Shown here piece after piece: positions 59,721 to 64,000 of a stretch of 64,000 nt of DNA; positions within the stretch are counted from its first letter, which is position 1, and every line of letters begins with the position of its first letter. The stretch is taken from positions 33,092 through 97,091 of the forward strand of contig JAWBZR010000001.1 of assembly GCA_044343545.1 (NCBI GenBank), written 5' to 3'. This DNA is from Candidatus Aenigmatarchaeota archaeon. Lineage in GTDB: Archaea; Aenigmatarchaeota; Aenigmatarchaeia; CG10238-14. Below the pieces are notes generated by a model. The model was not told where the DNA came from. It saw nothing but the letters and a program-made list of their open reading frames with translations, and did not search any database. Made by a program: the position numbers and the translations under genes.

Positions 59721-60112
59721 ATAGAAAATGGAAAAGAATGTATGTTCAACTTGTCATAACATTGCTACTCACTTTTGTTGCTAGTTACTATGCGGCCGAA
59801 ATATTAAAAAATATATTCAAAATTCCAAGGCCATGTGTAGGTTTAACAGGATGTCCTGAAGGTTACTCATTCCCTAGCAGACACACGTTAATAGCTTTTG
59901 CTTTGACCACGGCTTTCATGTTAGAAACCAAGAATAAAATATTATCTTCTCTGTTTGCCGTAACTTCAATAGTCATAGGAGCATTGAGAGTAGTTACTTT
60001 TGTTCACACGCCAATAGATGTCATCGGAGGAGCAATAATAGGTATCGTTATCGGCTTCCTGGTCCAAAGATTTTATTTGTTTTTGAGATTTTACTATACA
60101 GAAAGTAAATAA
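59717..60112 (+). CDS. PAP2 family membrane phosphatase
   Basis: K......RP, SFPSRH, R....VH...DV.GG. Confidence 0.85.
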   Translation: MNRKWKRMYVQLVITLLLTFVASYYAAEILKNIFKIPRPCVGLTGCPEGYSFPSRHTLIAFALTTAFMLETKNKILSSLFAVTSIVIGALRVVTFVHTPIDVIGGAIIGIVIGFLVQRFYLFLRFYYTESK

Positions 60113-60115
60113 AAA

Positions 60116-60238
60116 TTAAAGAAAAAATTTCAATATTTTGTTTGAATATACTGTCTTGCCGCACACCAAGCAAATGTTTATTATTTTAAACCCATTATTG
60201 AATTCGTAATATACATGCCCGCCACATTCACATTTCAT
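60116..60238 (-). CDS. Small zinc-ribbon protein (40 aa; not in the ORF track)
   Basis: MKCECGG...ICLVCGK; GGGGTGA immediately upstream. Confidence 0.6.
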   Translation of the reverse strand: MKCECGGHVYYEFNNGFKIINICLVCGKTVYSNKILKFFL

Positions 60239-60416
60239 AATCACCCCCAAATTATTTTTTGATGATTTTAATAAAAACCGATTTTTGTGAGTTTATAGAA
60301 ATTTTTTTAAATAATCTTTTCAAAATCAAGTTTTTCAATTATATTTTTTTATAAATGAAACTTATGCGAGTTAAAAGTGATAATTGATTTAATTTTTCGC
60401 TCACTAATTCTTTTGC

Positions 60417-62576
60417 ATGGAAAAAGATAAAATAATAAAAAAAGTTTTAGAGGCATATAAATTTGAAAAACTAAATCCGGTTCAAGAAAAAGCCGTGAAA
60501 AAGGGTTTGCTTGAAAAAAATATGATAATTTCAGCCCCAACAGCAAGCGGAAAAACATTATGTGCTGCTATAGCTGGTTTGAATTGTTTTTACAACAAAA
60601 AAATGAAAATGATTTATCTTTGTCCTTTGGTTGCTTTAGCTCAAGAACATTACGAAAATTTCAAAGAAAAGTTTGAATCATTCGGATTAAAAATTGCATT
60701 AAGCATAGGTGATTTGGATAGCAATGATCCATGGCTAAAAGATTATGATTGGATCATATGTAGCAATGAAAAGGCTGATAGTTTAATAAGGCATAATGCT
60801 GACTGGATTAACGATATAGGTTTAATAGTAGTTGATGAAATACATATGTTAACAGATCCTTCAAGAGGGCCTACTCTAGAAATATTGTTAACACGATTGA
60901 AAAGCATGCTGCCTCATGCACAAATATTAGGATTAAGTGCGACAATAAGCAATGTAAAAGAAATTGCAGAATGGCTCGAAGCAGAAATTGTTGAAAGTGA
61001 TTGGCGGCCTGTTAAACTTTATGAAGGAGTTTGTTTCGATTCAAAAATAGAATTTTTTCAAAAAAGAAAATATGAACTTGACAAAAATCTTTGGCAAGAA
61101 TTGTCGATAGTAAAAAATAGTTTAGAAATGAACAAGCAAATACTATTTTTTGTAGCATCAAGAAGAAATGCCGAATCTCTTGCAGAAAAATTGGCAAGTG
61201 AAACTAGAAAATATTTATCTTTCGTTGAAATTTCTGAGTTGAGAAAATTGGCAAGTGATATTTTGAATGTTTTGGATACGCCAACAAAGCAGTGTAAAAG
61301 ACTTGCGAAATGCATAGAGAATGGCGTAGCTTTTCATCATGCTGGATTGGTTGGAAAGCAAAAAAAATTAATAGAGGATAATTTCAAAAAAGGATTAGTA
61401 AAAATAATAATAGCTACGCCTACACTTGCACAGGGTGTTAACTTACCGAGCCATAGAGTTGTTATAAGGGATGTTAAGAGATTTTATGAAGGTATAGGTG
61501 TTAGATACATTCCGGTATTTGAATACAAACAAATGGCTGGAAGGGCGGGTAGACCTGATTATAATTCTGAAGGTGAATCCATATTAATTGCTAAAAATGA
61601 AGAAGAAGCTTTTGAATTAGTTGAAAGATATATCAATGGAGAATCTGAAGAAATACAATCAAAACTTGCTATGGAACCGTTATTAAGGATGCATGTTTTG
61701 GCATTAATAGCTTCTGGGTTTGTTAAAACCGTAAAAGAATTGTACGATTTTTTCAAGAAAACTTTTTATGCTTATCAGTATGGCGACGTTGCCGGGTTGG
61801 ATATAAAAATAGAAAGAATTTTGGAAAAATTAATAGAGCTTGGATTCGTTGTAAGGATAAATGAAAAATTAAATGCAACTAAAATTGGCAAAAGAATTTC
61901 AGAATTGTATATTGATCCTTTAACAGGATATTTGTTCATGAATGGATTGGAAAAGGCTGCTAGCAAAAAAACTAACGAGTTTGGTTATTTGCATTTAATC
62001 AATAGCTGCTTGGAAATGAGACCCTTAATTTCAATAAGTGGGAAGGAAATAGGAGAAATAGAACAAAAGCTTATACAAAATGAAAATTATTTTTTGATAG
62101 ATATTCCTAAGGAATGGGAAGAAAATTATGAAGAATTTATGCAATCAATTAAAACTACTTTGGTAATCGATGATTGGATAAACGAAAAAAGTGAAGATGA
62201 AATTTTAAGTAAAAGAGGTGTTACACCAGGTGAATTGAGAGTGAGATTGACAAACGTTGAGTGGCTTCTATATGCATTGAGCGAATTGGCTTTATTATTA
62301 GGATATAAGGATTTGAGGAATGACTTGAGAAAACTAAGAATAAGAGTGAAGCATGGAATAAAAGAAGAGCTTATTCCTTTAATTAAATTGCAAGGTGTTG
62401 GGAGGGTGAGGGCTAGAAAACTTTATTCTCATAATTTGAAAACTTTGGAAGATTTGAGAAAAGTTGACACGTTGATTCTTAATAAAATAGTTGGCAAGGT
62501 TGTTGCTGCTAACATAAAAAAACAATTAGGCGAAAATGTAGAAGAAAAACAAGAAACTGTCGAAAAGTATTTTTAA
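60417..62576 (+). CDS. hel308: Ski2-like helicase Hel308/Hjm
   Basis: PTASGKT, DEIH, LSAT, AFHHAGL, TPTLA.GVN.P, QMAGRAGRP, GRVRARKL. Confidence 0.95.
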   Translation: MEKDKIIKKVLEAYKFEKLNPVQEKAVKKGLLEKNMIISAPTASGKTLCAAIAGLNCFYNKKMKMIYLCPLVALAQEHYENFKEKFESFGLKIALSIGDLDSNDPWLKDYDWIICSNEKADSLIRHNADWINDIGLIVVDEIHMLTDPSRGPTLEILLTRLKSMLPHAQILGLSATISNVKEIAEWLEAEIVESDWRPVKLYEGVCFDSKIEFFQKRKYELDKNLWQELSIVKNSLEMNKQILFFVASRRNAESLAEKLASETRKYLSFVEISELRKLASDILNVLDTPTKQCKRLAKCIENGVAFHHAGLVGKQKKLIEDNFKKGLVKIIIATPTLAQGVNLPSHRVVIRDVKRFYEGIGVRYIPVFEYKQMAGRAGRPDYNSEGESILIAKNEEEAFELVERYINGESEEIQSKLAMEPLLRMHVLALIASGFVKTVKELYDFFKKTFYAYQYGDVAGLDIKIERILEKLIELGFVVRINEKLNATKIGKRISELYIDPLTGYLFMNGLEKAASKKTNEFGYLHLINSCLEMRPLISISGKEIGEIEQKLIQNENYFLIDIPKEWEENYEEFMQSIKTTLVIDDWINEKSEDEILSKRGVTPGELRVRLTNVEWLLYALSELALLLGYKDLRNDLRKLRIRVKHGIKEELIPLIKLQGVGRVRARKLYSHNLKTLEDLRKVDTLILNKIVGKVVAANIKKQLGENVEEKQETVEKYF

Positions 62577-62579
62577 AAA

Positions 62580-63200
62580 TTATTCTCTTTTCTTGCTCAT
62601 AACCAACAATTCTAAAATTCTGATGAATATGTTTAGGAAATCTAAATACAAAGCTAAAACTGCGTCAGTAACATATTCGTCCGGGTAATTTCTTAATATC
62701 GTCGACATATCATATAAAACAAAGCCTAAAAACACAAGCAACACACCAACAGTAATTATTAAATTTATAATTGGTTGTTTTAAGAATAAATTCACTAAAG
62801 AAGCGATTATAAATCCTATTAGAGCAAACATTAAAAAGGTTCCTATTGATCTAAAATCTTTGTTTGTAAAATACACGTAGCTTGCTAAACCACCAAAAAC
62901 TATTGTAGTTATGCCTAAAGCTTGGAAAATAACTATTGTTCCGCCTTCCCATGCGGCCCAAGCAATTATAGGCGTTGTCGTCGTTCCGGTTAAGAATACA
63001 AATAAAAATAAAAGCCATTTTGGGAAACCTTGTTTTTTCTTTAAAAGAAAAGTTACGATTAGTATGGCTATTTCAGCTATAATTATTGGTATGTAGAGTA
63101 TTGGTGGTATAAAGAAACCCACACCAACACCTATTGTTGCTATGAACAAGCTTAACACGAAGAGTGGCAAAACTTTTTTGTTGAATGTTTCCTTTTTCAT
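62580..63200 (-). CDS. Bax inhibitor-1/YccA family membrane protein
   Basis: Seven TMs; KDF..G, LYD, A..LYLDFLNIF. Confidence 0.88.
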   Translation of the reverse strand: MKKETFNKKVLPLFVLSLFIATIGVGVGFFIPPILYIPIIIAEIAILIVTFLLKKKQGFPKWLLFLFVFLTGTTTTPIIAWAAWEGGTIVIFQALGITTIVFGGLASYVYFTNKDFRSIGTFLMFALIGFIIASLVNLFLKQPIINLIITVGVLLVFLGFVLYDMSTILRNYPDEYVTDAVLALYLDFLNIFIRILELLVMSKKRE

Positions 63201-63321
63201 CGAACTAAAAATATATTTGAAAATATATTTAAAATTTTCTGTTTTTTGAAAAGTTTGAACCAATATTGGAACCAAAACTATTGAACAAAAATTTATTGAG
63301 ATAATGTTTATTTTTAAGAGT

Positions 63322-63395
63322 GGGGTAGTAGTATAACTTGGTTAGTATTCCAGCTTCGGGAGCTGGCGATCTGGGTTCAAATCCCAGCTACCCCA
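63322..63395 (+). tRNA. tRNA-Pro(CGG)
   Basis: GGGGTAG/CTACCCC acceptor stem; CCAGC-TTCGGGA-GCTGG anticodon arm; TTCAAAT T-loop. Confidence 0.95.
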
Positions 63396-63401
63396 CAAAG
63401 C

Positions 63402-63905
63402 TTAAAATCTGTTAAAATGAAGTATAAGCTCTTGATTTTCAAACTTTTTATTGACCAAAACATAGTTGTTTGGTATGTTTATTATCTTGAAATAACCTTT
63501 GTTTTCTGCTAAAGCTCTCACTTCAACAGAGTTGGAAAATATTTGCAAATCGATATCTTCCTTTCTTTTTACACCAGGTAATTTTATTGAAAAAATAATT
63601 TCATTAACAAGTCGTCTAACTTTTGTTTCCGGCTCTATTACTTTTTCAGGTAATTTTATTGGCTCGGAATTTATTATTTGTTTTTTTGGTTGTGTTTTCA
63701 TGGGTAAAGGAGTGATTGTTATAGTTATGTTTTTTGGTAGTTCAAAATCGTTCTCAAAATCGATGCTTTCTTCCAATTTTTTGGCAAGATTTTTTATTTG
63801 CCTATTCAAAAACTCCATCATATCATAATTTCCTATCATAACACCACAATTAGGACAATAATTCCATTTTTTCTGAAGTTTTGTATTACAGAACTCGCAT
63901 CTCAT
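63402..63905 (-). CDS. Zinc-ribbon + Hsp20/alpha-crystallin-like protein
   Basis: CEFC..WNYCPNCG; EPET, LPGV, SVEVRA...YFK. Confidence 0.75.
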   Translation of the reverse strand: MRCEFCNTKLQKKWNYCPNCGVMIGNYDMMEFLNRQIKNLAKKLEESIDFENDFELPKNITITITPLPMKTQPKKQIINSEPIKLPEKVIEPETKVRRLVNEIIFSIKLPGVKRKEDIDLQIFSNSVEVRALAENKGYFKIINIPNNYVLVNKKFENQELILHFNRF

Positions 63906-64000
63906 ATGAAATCGCCTGAATGTGCTTTATTTTATCAATGTTTTCCTTTTTAAAATTATTGTTTTATATAGTTAAAATAGTATTGGTTCAGTGTAAATAA

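Noticed and set aside
710..63828. Many antisense or nested ORFs in the six-frame track (e.g. 7307-7714, 8199-8690, 27295-27753, 47964-48443, 48599-49066)
   Set aside because: Shadows of well-supported genes; Phe/Ser/Ile-rich composition expected from the reverse of Lys/Glu-rich coding sequence
1..64000. CRISPR array, transposase, integrase, provirus or intein
   Set aside because: No repeat-spacer periodicity or such motifs seen; PolB, Hef and Hel308 have no intein-sized inserts

Overview
AT-rich, gene-dense archaeal chromosomal segment. It is most consistent with a DPANN-type reduced genome (Aenigmarchaeota-like), inferred from archaeal-type information genes and broken-up ribosomal operons. 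Contents in order: a surface-glycosylation cluster (1-8 kb); YchF; Hef split into two genes; TrxB; GDH; a copper island (membrane wHTH, HMA protein, CopA); NAD kinase; PGK; ribosomal protein genes; GluRS; EndA; pelota; SRP RNA; a Pif1 helicase next to a beta-CASP nuclease; a minimal two-subunit [NiFe]-hydrogenase locus; PolB; ACD alpha; a HypC-like gene pair; a Kazal-domain protein; Taw1; Hel308. There are four tRNAs (Phe, Ala, Ser with intron, Pro). No CRISPR array, transposase, integrase or intein was seen. Best leads: (1) a 65-nt tRNA-Ser intron with C/D-box-like motifs and a near-perfect complement of the 16S rRNA 3' end, in a relaxed BHB; (2) an EndA whose canonical catalytic Lys appears replaced by Ala and which has a Lys-rich loop insertion; (3) an SRP RNA lacking helix 6; (4) a minimal hydrogenase with atypical Fe-S ligands, plus a HypC whose Cys and His appear split over two genes; (5) a candidate membrane-bound copper-sensing regulator with a perfect palindromic operator. 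All assignments come from reading motifs by eye; no searches were run.
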